A stretch of 64,000 nucleotides of DNA, from the NCBI GenBank assembly GCA_973895155.1, contig OZ316892.1:23755971-23819970 (forward strand), in the 5' to 3' direction. The first letter of the stretch is position 1, and every line of letters begins with the position of its first letter. This stretch comes from Marsupella aquatica (taxonomy: Eukaryota > Plantae > Marchantiophyta). Shown in pieces: positions 13,341 through 25,316 of this stretch. The notes under the pieces were generated by a model. It was not told the DNA's origin, ran no database searches, and worked only from the letters and a program-made list of their open reading frames with translations. Both the position numbers and the translations under genes were made by a program.

Positions 13341-13619
13341 TTATGCAAAGTATATTGTATGCCCAAATGTGATGTAACCTGAGTTTTCGTCAAGGGGAGC
13401 TCTCTCTCGCTTCTTCGGTACCCGGGTTGTATGCAAGCTGGGAAAAAGAAGCCATGGAGCACAATATTGGCCAGACTACTTGGACCATTTTCAAAATACT
13501 CCTCTGAGCTCAACTGGTGTCTTTCCTTTGTATAAATGGTCACAGTTTTGGGCCTCAAAAGTTGCTAGGTCCATCTGAGTTGCGTTGTTATACATTGTGG
13601 CCATTCGAGTATCAGCACT

Positions 13620-14900
13620 TTAAACTCTGGCCTTTGTTTTCTTCGAGTGACTGCTTTTAGGTTTAGGGTTCCTGAGCAGGTGGGCGATTGTTTTTATAGG
13701 ACTAGAGCTCGAAACATCGACGTCCTTCTCGTGTTCGCGCTTCGACTGATTGTGGATTTTGGGGTGCTTTTGTTGCAAAGTCGATACTGATGAGGAGCAC
13801 TTCGGATGGATATTTTCACTCCTCTGCTGGGCTTTTGTCATCTCCTTGTCAGGATGTTGTGAATCAACCCTTGGAGTGGGTGACGGAAATAGCAGCTGAG
13901 ATTGTTGTCTCTGTTTTGTGTGGTGGATTGTGTGTGAAGATCCGACATGTCTTGCATTCGTTTTTGTGAGTCCGAGACTGCTTTTTATGACTGTCGACGA
14001 GGGGCAGTTTAGTTTTGTCTTCATGAAGCCCGTGATGAGATCCTATGAATTCTTGATTCTCATGATGAGTTCATACTATTGACATGTCTTCTACCTTCTG
14101 AGGCTTCACTACATTTCTTATGTTTTCTTTTCCTTCGATGTAGATGATTCGATATGCCAGGATCCTGGTGGATTCTGTTCAGTGGGTTTTGTTTTCAAGT
14201 GACAAGACCCCCGTAGGGCCCGACGCGGTAGTTTTCTGGTTAGGGGTTTGGAAGGCTTGACGTTCGCAAGTTGTGTTCTACTACTAGTAGTACGAAGTGA
14301 GCTAGAAAGGTTGAATGTATCTGTATGGGGGACGAATTCCAATTTGGGAGATTCTTAGTTTGTTTTATTGACCTTGGATCGTATATATGTACTGGTTGTT
14401 GGTAAGTCCAATCGCTTGACGCGATTTCAGTTCTGTCGATCGAAGATGTTTAGCCGGTATGGACGTGGGAGGGTACTTGGGAGAAGAGAATGTTCATACT
14501 ACTCAATGGCTATGGGATGCGATGGCCCATTCGAGAGTAAACGAGATTCGAAGAGGACTGTGTGTCGGTGTTGGTGGGCAGGCTTTCGAAGATGATATAC
14601 ATCAATGTAGGTACTTTTTTTTATGAAATCGAGACTTGGGATGCAGACAGGATAATTATAGCTGCGGTAGCCTGTAAGAGTGTGGTAGAGTAGGCATACG
14701 TTTAAGACTAGAAAGTTACTGTGTGCACTTTTCCTAGCAAGAAATTCTAGCGTGCCCTTATTCTCTTCTACCTTACCATGCCTTGGGAGATTTCCAGTTT
14801 TTTCTTACACAGGGTCTCGGAGACCAGCTGTTCTTCGTTTGCTTCAATTTCTACATAAAGCTCGGATCTACATTCTCCTCTCACGTCTTCTGAATCGATG
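13620..14900 (+). ncRNA. Putative spliced snoRNA host transcript (non-coding or micro-ORF); ends approximate
   Basis: Site II-like TGGGCC (about 13549) and telo-box TTTAGGGTT (about 13662); donor CAG|GTGGGC about 13680, acceptor TTTCAG about 14430, donor TAG|GTACTT about 14611, acceptor TTACACAG about 14812; a C/D snoRNA lies in the first intron; no recognisable protein. Confidence 0.5.
14024..14108 (+). ncRNA. Box C/D snoRNA candidate
   Basis: 7-bp terminal stem TGAAGCC (14024-30)/GGCTTCA (14102-08), box C GTGATGA (14032-38), D' TTGA (14053-56), C' ATGATGA (14062-68), box D CTGA (14098-101); U-rich intronic context. Confidence 0.8.
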
Positions 14901-15623
14901 ACGACTTGCACAGGCCGATGAAAATGAACCTTGAGGGGACATTAGACCACGAATGTAAATTGGTTTCTTGGACATGGTCCTCCCAGCTTTGAAAAGTTGG
15001 AATGTCTTCGATATCTATGAGACCCACATACATCCACACTAGGCGCTTGATACAAATTCATTCCATGAGAGTCAGGAGTCGTAGAAAACATTCGTAATGC
15101 TCACGGCAATCTGGAGAGGTGTGAGCTGTAGTAGTCTTGCATTGGATGGCTATGAAATACACCCATAGAAGTATGCTAGTGTACGACATAAGTGAATGAC
15201 TAAAACCAAGTGAAGGAACAACCCTTGAGCGAACAACGTGAGAACAGGACTCATAAGTGTCGTAAACTGAAGTCGTCCACAAAATCTTTCATTCATCGCT
15301 TGGCATTGTGCATTCTCCTGGTCCCACACAGTGCCTTTGCCTAACTATCCATATGGTCAATGGGAAGCCATCACAAAGAATAATGGTGAGTTCCCAATAA
15401 GATATTGCAGGAAAGCTTGAAACTAACTAAGGACAGCAATAATGTATTTTTCTACACCTCTTAGCTCGACTTTGAGTTCAAGCATTCACTGAGCTGCTTT
15501 ATAAGCAATAAACACGGCTGGGGGCCATTTCTAGTTGTCACTCAGCACAGCTGAAAATTGTCACTCAGCACAGCTAAAATTATTTACAAAGGCTGACTTG
15601 AAAGCGTCTACAAAAGGAGTCTT

Positions 15624-18600
15624 TCAGGGCTTGAAAGTTGGGGCTTGTACTTCTTCTCCCAGTGAAGCCTCGTATAGAATTCTTGGTAGGAACGCCCGGT
15701 AAGGATCTTCCTCCCTCTTCTTTAATAGATAGGAAAGTCCTGCTTCCACTTCTTTTTTCAATTCCAGATACGCAGCGTTGACCTTTTTTGGATCCCGGAA
15801 GTCTTCTCGCTTCCCTGCGAGAAGAGCATTAAGTGACCTCCATCAGTACAGACAACACACAGAAATGTTCTCGATACAACTTCATTTAGAGGTATATTGT
15901 CAGTTTCTATCTGTTCACCAGTTATCCTGACACTAATATCAGAATGAGAATTGACAGTCAATTTGAGATCAATAGTATGAGTATCCATGAATTGTTTATG
16001 ATGCTCGCGCAAGGTCACGCCACAACTTGATGTTTTTGAGACCTACTGACCTTCCATATAGATTGGCTTCCCAAAGATAATATAGATCCGTCCCGGTCCT
16101 GGCAACTTTGGAAAGGTCAGAGGCATATGACAAGTCTGCTTTGAAACCTCGCCATCCATATCGGTTCTGCACAATCAAGATGGGGTAAGAGATAACTTCC
16201 GAGGAGACGATCAGAACAGCTCCCTTTTCAGATTGCTTACAGCACAATTCTCAATTAACCATGAAGTAAATGGCACATAGATATGTAGTACATCTAACAT
16301 GGATGAATAGTACATCTAACATTGATTCATACTGAGAGATTGACGTACCGCAATTGGGGCATAATCTCGAAAAAGTCCCTAATCCTCTCTCCCACTACAG
16401 GAAGGCTCGTCATCTCTTCCCAGTCCAAGGCAATCTGCATAACAGAAACGAGACCTTTTTAAAAACCTTCTCGACACCTCTTGGAAGTCCCTCAAAGACG
16501 GCTTTCAAATACAGAAAACTTCACGGTATATTGCGTTCACTTGTGTAGAAAAACTTCTCAAGTCCCCAGACACAGGTAAGGCCATCAAGAAATGCATGTG
16601 TAAACAAATCAGTATTCAGGTGTTATATTGGCAAAAACTGTTCACATACATCCAGAATGTCATCCTCGCCTACTGTGGACATTGGAATAATGGTTGCACC
16701 AAATCTACTCGCCATTTTGACAAACTCGGGTTGATTTGGCCAAAATAATGTATGGGCCTCCCCCTGCAATAGTACCCAACTCATTATCATCAGGCAAAAT
16801 TCTAGGTGGGGAAGTATCTGAGGGGGCCTAGCATTTGTTTCAACCAAGTCAGTATACATGTATCTGTATATTCCATGAGCTAATGAATAGATAAAGTATT
16901 ACAATTGGGAAAGAATTCCAGACACTACAAAAAGGCATAAACGGCTATTCATCTCCTCATTCTGTACCTTCCTATGAAGAGCTTCTCGAGCTCCACCAGG
17001 GTAAAGTGCAACATTGTCTCCTCTAGCCAGCATCTTATAAAAGTTCTTCCCAGAGACAGGCACCGCTCCATACAATCGGCCAGTATCACCTTCAAATATC
17101 GTGGGCATTTCTTCTACGAGCTCTTTTACAAAAAGTATTGGATGTGCAAGCCCACGTAAGACCATCTGCCGATCCTTCAGCAGAGTGCTGCCCACAGTTT
17201 TCATATCAAGCCCGTACAGGGAATGATTGCCGACAAATAAAAGAGGTCCCTTGGAGGGAAGCCGTGAAAGCCCTTCCACCACTTTGCCATCAGCCCCCGT
17301 GGAGAAGAACACGGGACTCACGAGTTTCCGGAACAGCCTGCAAGACGTGCTCAAGTGATAGTTAGAAAATCAGTGGACAAACAGTCCAGAATTTTTACCT
17401 GTATGCATGAGTTCCTTCATTTGTTCTCAGGCGAGGCAGCAATCTTGAAGTAAAGCGCTTCTAAACGTTCTGATCTTAAGCTTTGTTAAGGGGGGGTCAT
17501 TGGCGCGGAACGAAAGGATCAATTTGAAGTTTACTAATGGTGCAAGGAAACGAAGGTATACTGTTGTGGCGGGCAGGTTGGGGAGTCGATAAAGTCTAAA
17601 CCGAAGTGAGTAGCAGGGACGGAAGCCACAGGGCAGCTGACTGTAGATAGACAGACAGACTCCTTCTGGCATCTACAGTCCGTACTTCCAATGCATGCAG
17701 ATAGCTAAAGAGAATACCAGGAAAAACTGAGGAATCTGAAGTGCAATGGAAGGAATAAACAGATACCTGATCTAGTCCGTCCCTGGGAACCATCCATAAC
17801 AGAGAGTTTACGACAAGAGAAACAGGCCACCAAAGTAGAGGGCCTAGAAAAAATCCCTGAAGAGGTACAGATTGGTAGTTTGTCCTAGATATACAAGTTT
17901 GCGCTCGCTGTTGAGAAGGCTTACTATTTATGCAGTCATCTAGTACAGAGAGCATAGTTCAACCAAATGTTGATTTCAATTGTTAAGAGCAGCTTGACTA
18001 TTCATCCAACAGTAAAATATTGGCTTCGCAGGTTTTGTGCACGAGGGCAGTGTAGAAATCCTACCGGGTTTCGTCATATAGTTTGTTTATCTCTTCTTCC
18101 GTTGGGGGAACAAAGTTTGCAACAGCATCTTTCACAGCCGTTTTGCGATACATTCCTGGTCTCTTAATGGCAGTAGCCAGGTCGAAGTCTCCCTCCTGAA
18201 ATCCATTACGCACGATTTTTGAACATCTTGATCTATGACAGTTGCATCCTAGTCTAAGTAAGCCAGAAATCGATCCCGAAGACAATTGGACCTTACCAAT
18301 AGGAGTGAGTGGCTGCTCTCTTCATACCGACGATGAGTACATTTGGATAGAGTCTTAGTTAACCTTCTTGCCTCTTCCAAGCTTGGGAGCAGCTGGTCCT
18401 GATTACTGTTCATGCAATCACCTAAGATACCTTTAGATATTGTATCTCAGTCATTGTGCACATAAGGTGATAGATACAATGTCCACGCCAATCGGGAACC
18501 CTCCACTTAAGACCAATTTTCTCGCATATGGAGTTCTACAAACAGCGCAAGTCAGGTGAGATTTGAATTGTCACGTTCAAAAATCAAACATGAATGCTTG

Positions 18601-21600
18601 CAGTCACGTTTCTCGGACTCATTTCAATCTGCATATAGTTTACTCTTGACGGATACAAGCTCAAGGAAAGAACTTGGTTAGAAACAAGTTCCCAGTACGT
18701 TAAAGCAATTATGTGATGTGCCAGGGCCATAGCAAGGGGAAGCAAGAACCCGAGTGCACTGACAGTGTATCGAAGCGGAAGGCTACAAACCTGGCTAGCA
18801 CAAGCACATTTGCCTTCACATCCTGTAGTCTCGAATTTGCATATTTAGCACTGGACTTGAGCATTTGCAGTTTCCAAAGCACTGTCTCCTTGGACAGAGA
18901 GTTGACCATTTTCTGCAAGACTAAAGCACGTGCATCAGGAGTGAAGCCCATGAAAATACCAACTCATTTTCTGAAACACAGTAATCCTTTCTACATTTCA
19001 GCTAATTATCATCGGGAAAACAGCTACCGTGCCGGGTACTTTTGACGAACATCACAAGCTTACTTTCGTAAGCACTGAAGCTGTCCAAGCGAAACAGTAA
19101 GAAATACGATGGCGACAATGAGAGCTTTCAAACGGGAAAAGAATGACAGACGAAGTCTAGTTTCTACAGAACCCGAAATGCCTTGAAAAGTTCACGCGTG
19201 CTAGTAATAAAATAAATTTTAGAAACAGGGAAGGGAGTGACCTCCAGTACTGAAACGAAAGCACGTAGATTATCAGAAAGTTGCTGCGCAGTCTCATAAG
19301 GTGGCAGCGAACTTGCCAATTTCGTTGATGTCAGTCTATTGGGATCACCTGATTTGAGAAACAATAGAGCAAAGTGGACAGCGTTAGCTGTCATTGAAAT
19401 ACATTTTTCAAGTAATTCAGGTATTGCAGATGGAAAAAAATATAATGGGTATCCTATAACTACCCGGAGCATCAGAAGAATGCATCTGGACACAACAAGT
19501 TTACAGACACGGGGAGATTGACTTACTGAGGAGAGGCCCCAGCAAGAATGGAGCTACAGAAAATAGCAGTTGCGGAAGAGCCTGAATCACAGGAAGAAAT
19601 GGTTGCAATGTTGATTTCTCATAAGACGTAGCTGCGTACAGCCAACAAAAAGAACGTCTTAGACATCAACTTGACTTCCTAGATAAGGAAAAAGTCAAAC
19701 TCAAATCGAAATGGTTTGCCTTTTTGCCATTTGTTCTCTTTGACAGGTCTAGATTCCTGAGTCGAAAATGATCTCTTATTCAAGGATATCTCCCAGGCTT
19801 ACAGACAGTACTCATTGTCAAACGACTGCTATAGCCTTCCCGGCCATAGAACCCACACCCTGGACGGATGGAATAAAATGATAATCGAGAACCTCTTGAT
19901 TCAGTCCCTCTGTGGTAGGCCAATTCCAGCAACAAATTGCACAACCTCCAGAGTTGAAATATCAGAAGGTCAGTAGTTCTCATTGATTTAGAGTCAGAAG
20001 ATATTTGACTCACAAGGATTCAACAGTACGAGTACAAGGTCGAGTCGTGGATTTCGTGCAGCGACCGCCAAAGCAAGAGATCCTCCAAAGTTTTCGCCAA
20101 CAAGGTAGATTGGCCTTCCAGGAAACTGTTTAGCCTCCTCACGAACAGTGCCCTCGACAAGATTTACCAGTCCTGCTGGCAGAAAAGCAGATGCCCTTAC
20201 ATCATCTCTGTGTCATCAAATTTCATTCTCACTCATCAACCTATAACATGGGATTAGGAAGGGATTGAGAAGGTAACCAAGAAACATGTTGGACGAACAA
20301 AATAGCATGAAGAGGTAATTTGAATCACCACGCCTATAGATGATGTTTGCTCTGTCACTGGCCCTTGTATGATTTCAGGGCGACAGACACATGGGAAGCT
20401 CTGTTAATGCACCAGCTCTCACACCGCTATACGGCTCGTAAACACAGACAGAGAGGAGGAAACAAATTTCTCAGAAGAAAAAATACGTGCATCTTGAATG
20501 CTAACCTTCGAAGGGTGTACGATCCATGTTTGGTATATGCAGACATCGCAGGTCAAATAACCTGACGAGCCAGGAAAAACTTTTAGAACTCTATGATCAC
20601 ATTTCAAAGTCACGTTCTTCTAATGAAATGCGACACATAGAAAGCATACATTATATTGTTACCTTCCGAGAGACTCGTAGTGAAATAAAAGCCCAGACCC
20701 TGTGTCAAGTATCCCTGCAATCACATCGTCTTGTCAGTAGGGTCACCTTCATATAAAGCCAGTCACTGGAGGTAGACTTGTTTGAAACTCATTTGGCCAC
20801 ATGCTGGCGGTCATCTCGCCGCGTATTTTCTGTTATGATAGCTCTCCCTAGTTTCTATTTCTTGTATGCAGAGGACAATGGACAATAATCAATTATCGTC
20901 GATGACTTTTCACAGGAAAGTTTAAAAAATCCTATCCAAAAAGACAATCTCTTGTATATTTTGAGACTCACAATATAAGATGCAAATATGGCATCATACG
21001 GAGTACAAACATCGGTGTTGAAAAACATCGACGCGCCGTGGATGCTTTTCAAGTACTAGAAGTATGCAAAAGGTGAATTGTTAAATCCTTTGTCTTCGTC
21101 TGACAACGTTCGACGATGATTGGAAGGGACAACAGCTAAATTGCAGGGAATATATGTCCTAACACTGAGAAGAGAAAAGCTCAAAGAACCGTGGAGTAAC
21201 CGTGGTGTCACTGCACTACTCAGACCCATGGTGGAATGCCCCTGTCCGTCCAGACCTTCGTCAGGCACAGTTTTTGTACTACATCCCAACCGAAGTCCCC
21301 GATTTAAGCCTTCTGACTTGGTTGGTCATATGCATCATACTCAGATTTGTTGGTTTCACTGCCAGTCTCTTCCTTTCTGTTCTTTTCTTTTCGTTTCGTT
21401 TATCAGTTTTTCTTCTTCTTTCGGGATGGGGCGGGGGGTAGGAGGGGATTTTGACGATCATAGGTGTCTCTGTAATTATGGGAACAATTTGATAGTAGGG
21501 ACTCCCTTTTCGAGATTGACAGTGACGAAGGAATACCTGGAAGGAATAAGAGCAGCGGCGCAGGAGCTTCCTGGCCTTGTTGCACAGGGCAGAACCAGCG

Positions 21601-21987
21601 AGGAGGTCCCCCATCTGCAGCGAAAAAATCCTGAACAAATTCTACGTAATCTAGAGTACCATATCGACTCGTATTCCTCGTAGAAACCTTCTCCACTTGT
21701 AGATTCTGCTGAGTCTCGCCAAGTCGACCGATGTTCCCATGCCGCCCAGTTGCCGAACTTTTGTCCGTCCTTTGCTCGGTATCGCTTTTCTCCACGCTTT
21801 TCTCCACGGAAAGGGTCGCCCGGATGGCACTTTTCCTGGCTGTTTCCCTGTGACTCAGATGTACACTACTTTTGCTCCTCGCCACTATTTTTTGATCATT
21901 CATCACGAGCTTTTGGCCGTCCCTCGCCGGTGTCACCCATGTGTTCAGAGCTGCAGCTGGAGCAGCAGTACACTGTAATGATTGCAT
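15624..21987 (-). CDS. Phytyl ester synthase-like (ELT family: alpha/beta hydrolase plus DAGAT acyltransferase), probable plastid transit peptide, 14 exons
   Basis: DGGPPRWFCP, PLLLFLPG, LFDLRCLHIP..DRTPFE, IYLVGENFGG, ETVLWKLQMLKS, DQLLPS, GPLLFVGNH, LRGLAHP, LYPGGAREALHRKGE, LFWPNQPEFVKMASRFGATIIP, GEDD, KREEDPYR, QAPTFKP*. Confidence 0.94.
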
Positions 21988-21996
21988 CTTTGGGAG

Positions 21997-22320
21997 TATT
22001 CCAGTCCCCAAACTGGGCAATCTCGCGTTTGGACTAGACTGTAGAAATTCACAGGAGTAGCTTGAATTTCTACCTCTGTCCTCTGCTCTGTCGCTCTATC
22101 ACTTCCACAATGCCAAAGTGGACATCTGATGAAGAGACCGTTTCCCACTAAACAAAAGTATTCCCGATCCCAAAAGTGGGCAACTTACTGGGATCTCGCC
22201 TCTGGACTGGACTGTAGAAGCTTCGCGGACTGAGCTTGATTTCAACCTCCGTCCTCTTCTCTGTCACCCTCTCTCCTCCACAATGCAAAAGTGCAATCGG
22301 ATGAGGAGACCGGTTCGATC
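21997..22320. repeat. Diverged tandem duplication (about 165-175 bp) in the PES 5' region
   Basis: atctcgc..tggact.gactgtagaa...acctc.gtcctct..tctgtc...tccacaatgc.aaagtg...gatga.gagaccg occurs twice. Confidence 0.8.
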
Positions 22321-22777
22321 TGTAATTCTGTATATCCTGCTCCTCTGTCTCCTTCAATCAAATTCTTCTTCAAGGATGATGATGATGAAGATATGAAATC
22401 CACATCTCAGGACTAGATTATTGTCAGTAAATAGCAGCTTCGCTAGTGCCCTACCTTCGTCCTTCAGATGATATGCAAGATCTGAGTCTCCACCCCTTTG
22501 TTTCCACAATCTGCTGGATCTGGAACAACAACAGGCGCCTCAAGTCCTGCATCTACTCTCCGTCTCCTGAGCTGAAATTCGTGTACTGTTCAGATCCAGG
22601 GAATGCCGTCAATGCTCAACAACAAACGCAGCAGGCATTGCGTGAGGTCAAAACGTTTGCTGTACGCCTCTCCTCCGTCACCACGCGATCAACAACAACA
22701 ATAAAGCTTCAAAGTCTGGACTCTGGAGAATCCTGTCGACATTCCGTCCTGCACTCAATCTCTGTCCGGAGTCCTGA

Positions 22778-23060
22778 CCAGACTCCTCCTTCTGACGTCC
22801 TCATCACTCCTCAACTCGAACGTCAGCAGGTTTTTTACTGGCTCGCCAATTTCTTTAGCACAAATTTTGTTGTCTACTTTGACTAAATTACCAGACTCGT
22901 CGACCCGACGTCCTCATCTCTCCTCAATTCGATCGTCAGTAGCTTTTTTTTTGTGGGCGCGCCAAATTCTTTAGCTCAAAGTATTGCTGCTTGAATACCA
23001 GAATACCAGAATACCAGACTACTCCTGACGTACTCATCACTCCTCACCTCGAACGTCAGC
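22778..23060. repeat. Three diverged copies of a 50-110 bp unit
   Basis: ccagact..t..(t)gacgt.ctcatc.ctcctca..tcga.cgtcag at about 22778, 22891 and 23014. Confidence 0.8.
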
Positions 23061-23094
23061 ACACTCTACCTTGCATAAATGCATAGTGTATAAG

Positions 23095-23770
23095 TGCATT
23101 CCGTTCCGTGGGTAACTGCACGCTGGTGGTAGTGTAGTCCCCTAATATTATAGCACTTTGCAGTCTGTGGGTAACTGCAGGCAGACTGGTCGTGTAGTCC
23201 CCTAATAGAATGGAATTTTGCATTCAGTGGTTAACTGCATGTCGGTTGTGTAATCCCCCCTAATATAACAGAATTTTGCTTTTGGGGGAGGGGGGTGGAA
23301 GGGGAGGTTAACTGCATGGCTGTCATGTAGTCCCCTAATATAATGGACATTTGCATTCCGTGTATAAGTACAGGCCGGTTGTGTAGTCCCCTAATGTAAT
23401 GGAATTTGCGTTCCATGGGTAACTGCAGGACAGTAGTGTAGTGTAGCCCCCTGACATTATAGCATTTCCCCTTGTAAATGTACCATAACATACACCATCT
23501 GTAAGTACAGGTCCATTTCACTAAATGATAAATACATAAGTGCATTTTCATTTACAAGAGTGCACATGCATTCATTGATAAGTGCAGCAGACACAAACAT
23601 ACACTAGTTTGCATTATGTGGGTATCTGCAGGCTGGGTCACATAGTCCCCTATATTATAACATTTTTCTTTGTAAATGCACCCAAAAAAAATGCACCTCG
23701 GTAAGTGTCACTAAATGATACATACATTTTCATCTATAAGAGTGCAATGCATTTATCAGTAACTGCATCA
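23095..23770. repeat. Degenerate minisatellite, about 7 units of 55-60 bp
   Basis: Recurring gtgggtaactgcag...gtgtagtcccctaatat..tggaattttgcattc. Confidence 0.85.
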
Positions 23771-25029
23771 CTGGCTAGTTTACCAAATCAAAAAATTGGC
23801 AAATTTTTTGAAAATTTGCCAAAATTGGACTTCAATCTGTGACAACTCCCCACCACTCCTGAGGGGCTAGGCATTAAAATGCTGTCACTCCCTCCCACGG
23901 CCCCTGCAATAGGGCGTCCCAAATATTGAAAAAAAAACCCACCTCACGGGCGGTCCGCAATGCACTCGGGCGCACTGAAACTGAGTATAGCCGAACAGTG
24001 ATATTTTTGGGCTCTCAAATTTGGCAGGGGTCGCAGCAGTGTGTGAAAATCGCAAGGTGAGTCACTGAACACACTGAAATTGGGTCCCCTCCTCGAAGCA
24101 ATCGGCCCTCAGTTTAGGTCATGACTCCTAGGCATGACTGGTCGGGCCTCACATTCAATGCTCAACCAGTTGTTCCCATTGCTCCAGTCAGAACACTCCC
24201 GGACAAGGTCACACACAAAAATTCATTGTATTTGAGACGCCCTAGTAAAGTCATAATTCTCCTCACCCTGACAATTCCCCGCTCCACATCTCCTCCTCAT
24301 GTATGTTGTATGCAAGCCGCCATGTACCTACAACTCAGGCTTGGGGAAGTTGAGATACCAAGGCATCCTTGCTCCGCCTGTATTTGAATTCCTCCTTAAC
24401 TGATATGTCTCTGGACACATGGAGGAGTTCAGTCCCTCCTAGAGAACTCACTTGATATATACTCCACAGGTTTCATATCAACCCCATAGTCTGGTCATAC
24501 CTGAATTCCATAGTCCTTACATGTCTCTTTCAAACTTGCCGCATCTCCTTCCATGGCTCGTTTTGAATTGCCTCCTGATCCTGGTTGGCTGAAACTTTTG
24601 CTCCCCAAAATCTGACCTTGGGTAAGGGAGGGGGGCGGGGGGGGGGGGGGTTTGCTGTTCAGCATTGATGACATTGACAACGGCATGCCCATAACCATCC
24701 AACGATCAAGTAGTCAACACAGAGATATAGGTGGTTCCTCGGGGGTTTCACTTCCACTAAAATGGCACATCACGTGCGACAAAATATATGGTCATTTTAT
24801 TGGTTCAAAGGGAAGACTTAAGAATTTTCTGAGAAGAACAATAGGGTCTTTTTAATCCAAATTTGATACTTATAAGAATATTAGGGTCCTTGTAACCAAA
24901 ATTTTGGAATATTCCAAGAATATTCTAACTTTATAGGGGTTGAAAAATATTTTTTCCCTTACATTTTAGGGGGTCCAAGACCTAAAAACATTGCAGGTGA
25001 TGGGGAGGCATCCATATAGTGAGACCCCC

Positions 25030-25316
25030 GAGGGTTGTTCACCTCCACATGAGGCTACGTCCACGGGAACATACAAGAGTTTTATTGCACTCTAGGCCAA
25101 CCGGCGTGGCCATACCTAGCATACACATCACAAATTCTCCCTATCTCTCAACTGGTTCCGTAACAATGAGCCTGAGTTCCCACTATCCAAGCAAACACCA
25201 CTTGGGATATAGTGTGCACAACATGATTATTTAACCTGACCTAGTCTATGACTAAGTTTACAATAGCCCTAACTGCGGTACAGTCGTAACTCTAGACCTA
25301 AGAGTTAATCCTGACA
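25030..25316. mobile_element. Truncated LTR of the same family as the solo LTR at 58631-58973
   Basis: About 150 bp closely matching 58705-58850 (gttcacctccacatgag...gcactctaggcc...tctccctatctctcaact...ccgtaacaatgagcct); ends ...TGACA. Confidence 0.65.

Noticed and set aside
13787-13830. Hammerhead ribozyme (CTGATGA plus stem)
   Set aside because: No GAAA after the stem and no stems I and III with an NUH cleavage site.
21527-21536. U12 donor in PES intron 1 (GTATTCCTT)
   Set aside because: Lacks the invariant ATCC at +3 to +6; treated as U2-type.
23095-23770. CRISPR-like array
   Set aside because: Whole units are homologous and degenerate, with no unique spacers; it is a minisatellite.
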